NCBI GenBank assembly: GCA_913040915.1
Contig: CAJWHW010000033.1
Location: 1 to 18,494, forward strand
Source of the DNA: an uncultured Fidelibacterota bacterium
GTDB taxonomy: Bacteria > Fidelibacterota > Marinisomatia > Marinisomatales > UBA1611
Length of the DNA: 18,494 nt
Direction of reading: 5' to 3'
The translations under genes and the position numbers were made by a program. Under the pieces are notes generated by a model. That model was not told where the DNA came from, did no database searches, and worked only from the letters and a program-made list of their open reading frames with translations. Below are positions 8,998-17,963 of the stretch, piece by piece (position 1 is the first letter of the stretch; every line of letters starts with the position of its first letter).

Positions 8998-11793
8998 ATG
9001 GTGGGCAATCTCTTCTTATTTAGATCAATATTCTTGATCTGTTTTATTTCTTTTGCATTTTCGGACATAACCGGGCAAATGCGTATTTGTGCGATTCGGG
9101 TTTCGTTCCAAGGCGATGATGATGAAAGTACTTCAGGTAATGGACAATTTATTTTTTCAACAGATGGAATTGATTGTGGAAATTATACAATTGATCCACC
9201 TCCTCATAATAGATCCTACTTTGAATCTCAATTAAAAGCTGTCGATTCCTATTTTAGTGCTGTATCTTATGGGAAATTTGGTATTGATCTTGAAAATTCT
9301 ACTGTATATCCATATGAAGAGATCAGTAGCTATTCATTACCGAATTCAATGAATTATTATAATCCATATGATCAAGATGATATTCAGGAAATCAGGATTA
9401 CTGAACTGCTTTCAGATGCCGTTCAGATAGCATATGAGATTGACCAAGTTGATTTTTCTTACTATGATCATATAATAATATTCCATGCAGGAATTGGTCA
9501 GGATTTCTCATTACCATTCTTAGACCCAACGCCAGAAGATATTCCATCAACTTTTATCGATAATGATATGATAATTAATAGCTTAGGTACTTCATCAATT
9601 ATTGCAGGAATACACCAAATTAAACAGGGAATCATATTACCAGAAACACAGAACCATCTTCTCTTTGATATTGCTGAATCTATGTTCTCTGATGCATTAG
9701 AGCCTTGTGAATATCAGTATGGTCTAACTGGTACATTTGCACTTATGCTTGGTTTCGCAGCAGGATTCCCACCACTTTGGAATATTGAAACGGGGGAAAG
9801 TGGTGTTGGTATTTTTGGTCTCATGGATCAGGGATCCAATAATGGACTCGGTCTAATCCCTGCACCACCCACAGCTTGGACACGAGTGTATGCTGGATGG
9901 GATATTCCCATAGAAGTTTCCTTTAATACAGAAATAGAATTACCAAGTCGTTCAGAGAATAATTTGGTTAGAATAAATATAAATAAATCTGAATATTTTC
10001 TAATCGAAAACCGAGATCATTCTATTAAACAAGGAATTAGTTTAGATTCGATGCGGTATGTAATATATGAAGAAAGCGGTAAAAATGAATATCCACCACT
10101 CATAAATGTATTGCAGGATTCTTTAGATTTACAGAAAGATGAAAATGGTGTAATTATATCAGTACCAAATTATGATATAGGTCTGCCTGCATCAGGGTTA
10201 TTAATTTGGCATATAGATGAAACTGTTATCAATGCTGGCATCAAGGATTATACTGTTAATTCTAATTTATCCAGGCTTGGAATTGATTTAGAGGAGGCGG
10301 ATGGTGCTCAAGATATTGGATATATCTCTATTCATATTTTTAATAATCCCTCTGTAGGATATTTCGGTGATGTCTGGTTCAAGGGAAATACACAATATGA
10401 ATTAGCAAATACAATTATGGAAGGAATGCATCCAGAATTTGGTCCCTTTACTTATCCTTCCACAAAATCGAATAATGGCTCTTCATCATTTATTAAGGTA
10501 AGCGATATATCTGAATCAGATAGCATTATGACTTTTTCCGTTTCTAATAATTTAATACGAAGCGGTTTCCCAATAAATAATGGAGAAATAATTCAATCAT
10601 TTATTGCTTCTGAATATCCGATGATTTTAGGTATCTCCGATTCATTATGGATTGCACCAATAAACACGCTATCGAATAGAATATACTTCCACGGCCAAAA
10701 ACCATTTTATAAAATATTCACCATAATTGATGAACAGGAGAACCATACTTTTATTAATATCTATGAATCTCCTATTTTATATCCAGATTATTCTGGAGAC
10801 AGCTATATAAAGTATGAAACTCGTTATGATTATCATCATCCAACAAATACAATAACAAGACTTTTTACTCATGAATCATCCTGGGATTCTGGAAGTACAC
10901 CAATTTGGGATGACTCATTAATTTATCTAAATTCATTTGAATGGGATTCTCATTCCAGTAGGGTATTTACATCTTCATTTACCTATGATATTGGTATTGG
11001 AAATTCAGGAATTTCAAGAACAGATTTTGACGGAACAATAATTAACTGGGAAGATATTTCATTCAAGTCAATCTCTGGAGTGGATTTAAATATGGATGCG
11101 AATCCTGATGTACTAGCTCTTGATTCTTCAGGCTATTTATATGCATTCAATTCTGAGTTAATGTTATTATCAGGTTTCCCAATTAATGAGAAGCTGCAAT
11201 CTCCAATTCTTACAAGAGATCTTATTAATGATGGATATCCTGAAATTGTTGCAAAATCAGCTGATTCTTCATCCATATACATTTTTGACCATATGGGCAA
11301 TGCCCAATATAAAATAATATCAAACCGTGACGATGATGTTATTGGTCTTAAATCAATTACACAGAAGAATTCAATTATTACAAAGAGTATTATATATCAA
11401 TTTGGAGAAGAAACAGAAACAAATGGAAATAATTGGTCTTTTCATCATGGTGATTGGGGTAGAAATAGAAAAATAGAATTGGGATATTCTTTTGACTTTG
11501 ATATTCAAAGTCATCATATTCGCTCATATTGTTATCCCAATCCAATTTTCGATAATATAGGTACAATTAGAATAGAAACTGTAGATGCAGAAAATATTGA
11601 GATCAATTTATATGATTTAGCGGGATATTATATAAAGACCTGGAAAAATGAATTTATAAATTCAGGAAATCAAATTTCAGAATGGGTATGGAATGTATAT
11701 GATATAGAGTCCGGTGTATATTTTGCTCATATTGGTGTATATGGGCAAAAGGGCATTGAATCAAATATTATTAAAATTGCTGTAATTCACTAA
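8998..11793 (+). CDS. Secreted M6 (immune inhibitor A-like) metalloprotease homologue with a degenerate active site, FG-GAP-like repeats and a T9SS-type C-terminal domain
   Basis: Signal peptide. M6 framework motifs: YFSAVSYGKF, IIFHAGIGQD, FGLMDQGSNNG, PTAWTRVYAGW, EYFLIENR, SGLLIWHIDE, DLEEADG. FG-GAP-like segments DLNMDANPDV and DLINDGYPEIV. CTD-like end: YCYPNP..INLYDLAG..W..SGVYF..KIAVIH. Confidence 0.8.
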   Translation: MVGNLFLFRSIFLICFISFAFSDITGQMRICAIRVSFQGDDDESTSGNGQFIFSTDGIDCGNYTIDPPPHNRSYFESQLKAVDSYFSAVSYGKFGIDLENSTVYPYEEISSYSLPNSMNYYNPYDQDDIQEIRITELLSDAVQIAYEIDQVDFSYYDHIIIFHAGIGQDFSLPFLDPTPEDIPSTFIDNDMIINSLGTSSIIAGIHQIKQGIILPETQNHLLFDIAESMFSDALEPCEYQYGLTGTFALMLGFAAGFPPLWNIETGESGVGIFGLMDQGSNNGLGLIPAPPTAWTRVYAGWDIPIEVSFNTEIELPSRSENNLVRININKSEYFLIENRDHSIKQGISLDSMRYVIYEESGKNEYPPLINVLQDSLDLQKDENGVIISVPNYDIGLPASGLLIWHIDETVINAGIKDYTVNSNLSRLGIDLEEADGAQDIGYISIHIFNNPSVGYFGDVWFKGNTQYELANTIMEGMHPEFGPFTYPSTKSNNGSSSFIKVSDISESDSIMTFSVSNNLIRSGFPINNGEIIQSFIASEYPMILGISDSLWIAPINTLSNRIYFHGQKPFYKIFTIIDEQENHTFINIYESPILYPDYSGDSYIKYETRYDYHHPTNTITRLFTHESSWDSGSTPIWDDSLIYLNSFEWDSHSSRVFTSSFTYDIGIGNSGISRTDFDGTIINWEDISFKSISGVDLNMDANPDVLALDSSGYLYAFNSELMLLSGFPINEKLQSPILTRDLINDGYPEIVAKSADSSSIYIFDHMGNAQYKIISNRDDDVIGLKSITQKNSIITKSIIYQFGEETETNGNNWSFHHGDWGRNRKIELGYSFDFDIQSHHIRSYCYPNPIFDNIGTIRIETVDAENIEINLYDLAGYYIKTWKNEFINSGNQISEWVWNVYDIESGVYFAHIGVYGQKGIESNIIKIAVIH

Positions 11794-14738
11794 TGACTAG
11801 AATTGTTATATATTCTTTATTTATGTCTTTTGGATTTGCACAAATTGAATATAATCATCCTGAGCTTAATTGGTATACATTCGAAACAGAGAATTTTAAA
11901 ATTCACTTTCATGACGAAACCGAGATGACTGCTCGTGAAGCTGCAACAGTTGCAGAACAGATCTATCCTAAGATTACGGGGTTTTATGAATATGAACCTA
12001 AATCCAAAACACATCTTGTTCTTTTAGATCCAGATGACTATTCAAACGGTGCGGCCTATTATTATGATAATAAAATTTTAATCTGGGCTTCTCCTCTTGA
12101 TTTTGAATTACGAGGTAGTCATCGCTGGCTTCAGAATGTTATTACCCATGAATTCGCCCATATAGTTTCTTTGCAAAAGGCAATGAAGGCAGGTACAAAT
12201 ATTCCAGGAGCATATTTACAGTTCATGAATTATGAAGAAGAAAAACGTCCAGATGTTTTATATGGTTTTCCAAATACCTTAATCAGTTACCCTATACCTG
12301 GTACAATTGTCCCGCCATGGTTAGCAGAAGGGGTGGCACAATACATGTACGATGATGCTGATTGGGATCATTGGGATACCCATAGGGATATGATTTTAAG
12401 GGATAGAACAATTAATGATAAACTGTTATCTTTTACAGAAATGAATACATTTGGTAAAAAAGGTATAGGCAATGAATCCACTTATAATTCCGGTTTTGCA
12501 TTATCAACTTTTATTGCTAATGAATACGGTTCAGAATACTTAAAAATGATTATGGATGAATTAGGAAAACCAGCGCAGTTTTCTGTTAATAACGCTCTAG
12601 ATAATGTTTTAGGTGTGAGCGGTGAAAAACTTTATCAAAATTTCAAATCTACTATTGATTCTCGATATAGGATGTTGGTTGCACCAATTGAGATTAATCC
12701 TGTTTATGGAGAACAAATTCAAACAGAAGGTACTACCAACATACATCCAAAATGGCACCCCATAGAAAATGGATTTGCGTTTCTATCTAATAAGGAAAAT
12801 GATTATTTTGGTCAAACTGACTTATTCTACTACAATATGGAAACCAAGAATGAATCCAAATTAAGATCATCCATATTTTCAGCACCTTCATGGCATCCAA
12901 GTGGAAATATTATCTATTACAGTAAAAAACCAAAATTTCCTAACAAGTATGGTTCAAGATTTTATGATATTTATTCTTATGATATTCATTCAGAAACAGA
13001 AAAACGACTGACCTATGATTCAAGGGGCTTTAACCCTGTTTTTATTGTGAAGGATAGTTCTATCGCTTATTTAGCCACCTATGATGGTGGGCAGAATATC
13101 TATATACTCGATTTAAAAACAAATCAATCAAAGAAGGTAAGTGATTTTAAGAATCGTCCTATTTTGAGCCATTTATCATATGATAATAATTCACATGCAC
13201 TATTTTTTGATATAACATCCCATCATTATAGGAATATCGGTCATTTAGATCTTAATACAGGTGAAGTTATTGTTGATCTTAATCATCCTCATTATGATGA
13301 AAGGAACATGTCAGTATCCAGAAATGGTATTCAAGTATTTTCTATGGATAGAAGCGGTATTTATAACTTGTATTACATTGATCATAATAAAAATGAATTT
13401 GGATATGTAACTAATGTGACCGGTGGTGCATTTATGCCGGATTTTTCTAAGGATGGGAGAATTCTCTATTCACTCTATAAAAATGGGGCATATACTATTT
13501 CACTTTTGGATACAGTGATAAGAGTACCAGAAGATTTTGTAGGCTACTCCCCTAATTATTATAAAAATAATTCAAAATTATCAGCGCCTATTTTGACTTT
13601 AAATCAGACGAGTGCTAGACCATATGTAGACCAGTTTCCAAATATGTTTATTATGCCAAAAATCATGGTGGACTATGGTACATTCAAACCGGGGTTATAT
13701 TTTTATTCAAGTGAAGTAATCAATCGTTTGTCAATCTTTGGCGGTGCTTCACTAAATCAATTAAATGATATTGATCTATTTTTTATTTTTGATTTCAAAC
13801 GATTTTATCCAACCTTATTTTTTGAGACTTACTACCTTACTAGAAACACAACTGATAAATCTAAATATCAAGGAATATATGATATCAATGATGATATTAA
13901 ATTTCGTTTGATTCAATTTCGTACTGGTTTAAAAATTCCATTTTATGGTAGTTTATTTGAAATATCAGGGACTAGACAGTGGTATCGTGCTTTTATTAAT
14001 CAAACTTTACCGAAAGAAAGAATTGAAGCAGGAGCTGCCTATGATTATTTCCGAGGATGGATGTTAAGTACAAACTGGTCACTTAATATGATCAAAAGAA
14101 GATTTGATAAGGGGATAAATCCATCAAAGGGTTTTAAGATATCAATAGAAATGCATTTAGAAAAAAATGATTTCATTGAAGGTCTCAATCTTTCTGATTC
14201 TGGAACACTAACTGAAGAATTCAAAGAAAACAACTTATTACGAATTCAATCTGGAGGCTCTTACTACTACGAACTACCTTGGAAAAAAAGATGGACCATA
14301 TCTTTTACGGGACAAACTGGTTGGATTTCTAAATCTAATACAGATTCCTTTTTTCATTTTTACTTAGGCGGGATGCCTGGATTAAAAGGTTACCCTTTTT
14401 ATTCTATTCAAGGCACAAAAAGTATATTTATTGATGCTACTCTTCGTATTCCATTATTTCTCGAACAACACTTGCCGGTAAAATGGACTATTTGGCAGAA
14501 TAGTACTATTGGATTTATACTCCAAGCGGGAAATGCTTGGGTAGAAGAAAAATTTTCATTAAAAAAATCTGTAGGAATTCAATGGAGGTTGAATGGTTTT
14601 TCATTTTATAATTTCCCAACTGCAATTGAGGTGGAATATCATCAACCACTTGATAAATTCAAACGTGAAATCAATGAAGAACAAATAAACTATGGAGATG
14701 AAGGACGCAGCTATGTTAAAATACTTTTTGATTTTTAG
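11793..14738 (+). CDS. Gluzincin (peptidase MA-like) + TolB/PD40 beta-propeller + Omp85/BamA-like beta-barrel fusion
   Basis: Signal peptide. VITHEFAH (12147-12161 for HEFAH) and PPWLAEGVAQY. PD40-like repeats (HPKWHP, APSWHPSGNIIYY, MPDFSKDGRILYS). The C-terminal barrel has FYLGG..GLKGY (lid-lock-like motif) and ends in the beta-signal-like YVKILFDF. Confidence 0.78.
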   Translation: MTRIVIYSLFMSFGFAQIEYNHPELNWYTFETENFKIHFHDETEMTAREAATVAEQIYPKITGFYEYEPKSKTHLVLLDPDDYSNGAAYYYDNKILIWASPLDFELRGSHRWLQNVITHEFAHIVSLQKAMKAGTNIPGAYLQFMNYEEEKRPDVLYGFPNTLISYPIPGTIVPPWLAEGVAQYMYDDADWDHWDTHRDMILRDRTINDKLLSFTEMNTFGKKGIGNESTYNSGFALSTFIANEYGSEYLKMIMDELGKPAQFSVNNALDNVLGVSGEKLYQNFKSTIDSRYRMLVAPIEINPVYGEQIQTEGTTNIHPKWHPIENGFAFLSNKENDYFGQTDLFYYNMETKNESKLRSSIFSAPSWHPSGNIIYYSKKPKFPNKYGSRFYDIYSYDIHSETEKRLTYDSRGFNPVFIVKDSSIAYLATYDGGQNIYILDLKTNQSKKVSDFKNRPILSHLSYDNNSHALFFDITSHHYRNIGHLDLNTGEVIVDLNHPHYDERNMSVSRNGIQVFSMDRSGIYNLYYIDHNKNEFGYVTNVTGGAFMPDFSKDGRILYSLYKNGAYTISLLDTVIRVPEDFVGYSPNYYKNNSKLSAPILTLNQTSARPYVDQFPNMFIMPKIMVDYGTFKPGLYFYSSEVINRLSIFGGASLNQLNDIDLFFIFDFKRFYPTLFFETYYLTRNTTDKSKYQGIYDINDDIKFRLIQFRTGLKIPFYGSLFEISGTRQWYRAFINQTLPKERIEAGAAYDYFRGWMLSTNWSLNMIKRRFDKGINPSKGFKISIEMHLEKNDFIEGLNLSDSGTLTEEFKENNLLRIQSGGSYYYELPWKKRWTISFTGQTGWISKSNTDSFFHFYLGGMPGLKGYPFYSIQGTKSIFIDATLRIPLFLEQHLPVKWTIWQNSTIGFILQAGNAWVEEKFSLKKSVGIQWRLNGFSFYNFPTAIEVEYHQPLDKFKREINEEQINYGDEGRSYVKILFDF

Positions 14739-15603
14739 TATAATATTTTCTAATTATGTTGTGCGTGCTCAAGACACTTCGTCTGTACTACTAAAAGAGA
14801 CAAAGGAAGTACATTATCCAGGTAAACCGCTGCTTATGTCATTGATTCTACCCGGGGCAGGCCAAATTCATAATAAATCTCCTATGTGGAAGACTGCTAC
14901 TTTTCTGGGTGTGGAAATCGCAAGTATTGTAGCCTGGCATCAATTCACTAAAATGGCTAAGACCTTAAGAAATGAAAATGAAGAATTTGCAGATTTAAAT
15001 TGGAGTTTAAGTACATGGTTTGGATTTATAAATAATGAACCGGGGAAAACGGTACATGACGGACGTTTGTATACAGATATTGATCTTAGGGCAATGAGAG
15101 ATTATAAGGGTACACATCATTTAACATTATTTCTTTCTGGATTGTTGGCAGTAGAATATGGAGAATTTATTTCATCAGATAGCTTACATTTAGTATCTGC
15201 TTATCTTGATTCTGGATTGGTTGATGTTGTAAGAGATAGACATTTTTATGAAAACATTGGGAAATATGATCAATTTCTTGGAGGTTGGTCTGATGCAAAT
15301 ACCGAATGGTATTGGGAAGAGAAAAAGTTAGAAGACAGTACGGAGATTGTTATTAAAACTCCTTTAAAAGATGATTATCTTGATAAACGTTTCGTTACAA
15401 ATCAAATGCTCACTATGGCTAAATATAGTATAACAACCTTATTATTTAATCATGTTCTGAGTGGTTTGGAAGCAGTTTTGACTAGCCAAAAAATGGCTCG
15501 TGATAAACAAAGAAATGAAAATATCAAAACAGATTTAAGCTTGCTATATAATCCATATAACCGATCAGGTGTGGGTGGGATTTCTCTAACAGTCAATTTT
15601 TAG
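14713..15603 (+). CDS. Exported/membrane protein with a DUF5683-like N-terminal motif
   Basis: ATG 14713 is preferred (AAGGA 7 nt upstream, and it gives the signal peptide MLKYFLIFSIIFSNYVVRA). Contains PGKPLLMSLILPGAGQIHN followed by a hydrophobic helix, HFYENIGKYDQFLGGW, NHVLSGLEA, and a C-terminal beta-strand ISLTVNF. Confidence 0.6.
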   Translation: MLKYFLIFSIIFSNYVVRAQDTSSVLLKETKEVHYPGKPLLMSLILPGAGQIHNKSPMWKTATFLGVEIASIVAWHQFTKMAKTLRNENEEFADLNWSLSTWFGFINNEPGKTVHDGRLYTDIDLRAMRDYKGTHHLTLFLSGLLAVEYGEFISSDSLHLVSAYLDSGLVDVVRDRHFYENIGKYDQFLGGWSDANTEWYWEEKKLEDSTEIVIKTPLKDDYLDKRFVTNQMLTMAKYSITTLLFNHVLSGLEAVLTSQKMARDKQRNENIKTDLSLLYNPYNRSGVGGISLTVNF

Positions 15604-15607
15604 AAAA

Positions 15608-16375
15608 ATGAAGAAAATAATTAGTTATACAAGTGTAATATTTCTATTATTTTTCGTTTCCTGTGCAGGATCGAAAGTTGATGATGAAATGTCTTTGCAA
15701 GAAAAATTTAAAAGTGGGTTGGAGAATCTTGAAAAGGGAAAGTATTTACAAGCGCAGATAGATTTTAATTATGTTGTCATACGTGGAACCGGATCAGATT
15801 TAGGTGATGATGCACAGTATTACCTTGCTGAGGCGTACTATCAAAATAAGGAATATTTAGAAGCAGTAGCGGAATATGAGAAATTAACTCGTAGAATGGG
15901 GTTTAGTCCATTTATTGAGGATGCTCGATTTAAAATTTGTGAGGCGTATCGAATTGAATCACCTAAATATTTTCATGATCAGGAGTACACAGAAAAGGCG
16001 CTTGAAAGATACCAAGAGTTTTTAGACGATTTTCCAAATTCCAAGTATATTCCAGATATTTTAACATCGATTGGAATTCTACGGCAGAAAATGGCAACCA
16101 AATTATATGAGACTGGTATCCTGTATATTAAAATGGAAGAATATGATTCTGCAAAGATGATATTTAATCGTGTCATTGATACTTTTTATGATACAGCGGT
16201 TGTGCATCTGGCAAGGCAGGGTAAAGTGAAGGCACTAGCTCAAAACAGACAAATAGATGAGGCATTAGAATTTTTGAATGATCATGAGTCTAAACTGAAA
16301 GAAAATGGATTATACGAAGAAGCAGAGAAAACTATTTTAAATATTCAGAAAAAAATAGCTAAAGAAACAGAATGA
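15608..16375 (+). CDS. bamD: Outer membrane protein assembly factor BamD (lipoprotein)
   Basis: Lipobox FVSC. TPR pattern DDAQYYLAEAYY..EY..A..EYE, then SP..DQEYTEKALERYQEFLDDFPNSKY and KLYETGILYIKMEEYDSA, typical of BamD/YfiO. Confidence 0.9.
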   Translation: MKKIISYTSVIFLLFFVSCAGSKVDDEMSLQEKFKSGLENLEKGKYLQAQIDFNYVVIRGTGSDLGDDAQYYLAEAYYQNKEYLEAVAEYEKLTRRMGFSPFIEDARFKICEAYRIESPKYFHDQEYTEKALERYQEFLDDFPNSKYIPDILTSIGILRQKMATKLYETGILYIKMEEYDSAKMIFNRVIDTFYDTAVVHLARQGKVKALAQNRQIDEALEFLNDHESKLKENGLYEEAEKTILNIQKKIAKETE

Positions 16376-16950
16376 AAACTTGCTTATTTGGTGGAACATT
16401 TGATCCACCTCATATTGGTCATTTATTAATTGCACAAACTGTCTGTGAAGCTGAAAACTTTGACAGAATTATTTTTGTACCTACAAACAAGTCTCCTCAC
16501 AAAAAACAAATTACGCCAGTCGATCATCGTTTAAAAATGCTGAATATCGCTATAGATTGTAATTCTAATTTTGAAATTTCTGATATTGAAATAATTAGAG
16601 GAGGTGTTTCATATACTATTGATACCATTAGAGAAATGAAGGAAAAGATAGGAGCGAAAAAAGAAGACCTTTTTTATTTAATGGGAAGTGACAGTCTAAT
16701 GGGTTTTCATAATTGGAAAGATCCCAGGTTTATACTCGATGAATGCCAAGTGATTGTTGCTATTAGGCCAGGTTTTAGGCCTAGTGATATTCCTTCATGG
16801 ATTATAAATAAGATCCAATTCGCCAATATTCCCAGATTTGAAATATCTTCTAGAAATATTCGACACAGATGGGTGGAAAATAAAACCATCCGTTATATGG
16901 TTACATTGCCAGTATGGGATTATATTGATAAAAATAATTTATATGCTTAA
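16372..16950 (+). CDS. nadD: Nicotinate-nucleotide adenylyltransferase
   Basis: FGGTFDPPHIGH (HxGH), SPHK, SYTIDT, LMGSDS...WK and ISS.NIR. ATGA overlap with bamD. Confidence 0.96.
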   Translation: MKTCLFGGTFDPPHIGHLLIAQTVCEAENFDRIIFVPTNKSPHKKQITPVDHRLKMLNIAIDCNSNFEISDIEIIRGGVSYTIDTIREMKEKIGAKKEDLFYLMGSDSLMGFHNWKDPRFILDECQVIVAIRPGFRPSDIPSWIINKIQFANIPRFEISSRNIRHRWVENKTIRYMVTLPVWDYIDKNNLYA

Positions 16951-17894
16951 GAAGCTAAATCATAATACCAGCGAATAAGATTGATTGCAACAAGGATTGC
17001 TCCTTCAATCCGGTTTATTTTCCAATTTGTTCGGATCATGAATAAACAAAGACCAACCATTAGTACTAAAAGAATAACACTATCGTATATGTCTTGCGCA
17101 ATCATAGAGGGGTTAATCATTCCAGCTAATCCCAATACGCCAAGTAAATTGAATAAATCACTTCCAATTAAATTCCCTACAGCAATCCCGTGACGACCCT
17201 TTAATGCAGCAGTAATGGATGTAGCAAATTCTGGTGCCGAAGTACCTGCTGCTACAATTGTAACTGCAATTACCCAATCAGATACACCCCAGTATCTAGC
17301 TAAAATGGATGCATGTTTTACCATTAAATGTCCGCCTACAACAATGAGAAACAATCCTATAAAAAAGAATACATACGACTTTAAGGTGGCACTGTGGGGG
17401 TGTACTTTTTCCGGTGGGTCTTTTTTGATAAATAAAAATGCAACGTAAAAAATAAGGAGGGTGAATAAGAAAAGTCCTTCAAATTTTGTGTAAGAGTCAT
17501 CTTCTGTCCAGCCGTCGAAACCAAAGAATAATAGAAAAATTAGGGCTGTGGAGATCAATAAGAATAAGCCATCTCTATTAAATAGTTTTTCAGAAGTTGC
17601 AATTGGACGAATAATTGCAGTTCCACCAAGAATGAAACCTAAATTAAAAATATTGGATCCAATTACATTACCGATAGATATATCAGTCTGTTGTGTGAAG
17701 GCTGCACTTATTGTTACTGCAAATTCCGGGGCAGATGTTCCAAATGCGACTACAGTGAGTCCAATAATTAAATCTGAAACTTTAAGTGTATGGGCTATCT
17801 CTGCAGCAGAATCAACGAGCCAGTCTGCACCTTTCCAAAGCATAATAATAGAAATGATAACTAGTACTAAGTCAATAAGTATATTTGTTTCCAT
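16947..17894 (-). CDS. Calcium/sodium antiporter (CaCA family, YrbG-like)
   Basis: Two alpha-repeats, GLTVVAFGTSAPE..GNVIGSNIFN and VTIVAAGTSAPE..GNLIGSDLFN, with about 10 transmembrane helices. Confidence 0.93.
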   Translation of the reverse strand: METNILIDLVLVIISIIMLWKGADWLVDSAAEIAHTLKVSDLIIGLTVVAFGTSAPEFAVTISAAFTQQTDISIGNVIGSNIFNLGFILGGTAIIRPIATSEKLFNRDGLFLLISTALIFLLFFGFDGWTEDDSYTKFEGLFLFTLLIFYVAFLFIKKDPPEKVHPHSATLKSYVFFFIGLFLIVVGGHLMVKHASILARYWGVSDWVIAVTIVAAGTSAPEFATSITAALKGRHGIAVGNLIGSDLFNLLGVLGLAGMINPSMIAQDIYDSVILLVLMVGLCLFMIRTNWKINRIEGAILVAINLIRWYYDLAS

Positions 17895-17963
17895 TTGTGT
17901 TTCTATTGTTATTTAATATGGCCGGAAAATACGAAATATATAATCATAGAATAATCTAATTTC

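Noticed and set aside
8998..11793. Calling the M6 homologue an active protease, a pseudogene, or PorU
   Set aside because: It has no HExxH motif, the frame is intact with signal peptide and CTD, and I see no C25/gingipain motifs.
14692..14712. Track start for the DUF5683-like gene
   Set aside because: ATG 14713 has an AAGGA at suitable spacing and yields a normal signal peptide.
354..16889. Short minus-strand ORFs (354-614, 2109-2294, 3498-3767, 4998-5294, 6321-6635, 11817-12014, 14045-14233, 15979-16176, 16707-16889) and the + strand 6225-6425
   Set aside because: All lie wholly inside well-supported genes and show no recognisable motifs, so they are most likely shadow ORFs.
16947..17894. 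Functional link between the Ca2+/Na+ antiporter and the calcium-type loops in the barrels
   Set aside because: It is on the opposite strand in a separate transcription unit, and the family is widespread, so adjacency alone is not evidence.
16981..17916. Three + strand ORFs (16981-17193, 17215-17448, 17548-17916)
   Set aside because: They are antisense to the clearly recognisable CaCA antiporter.
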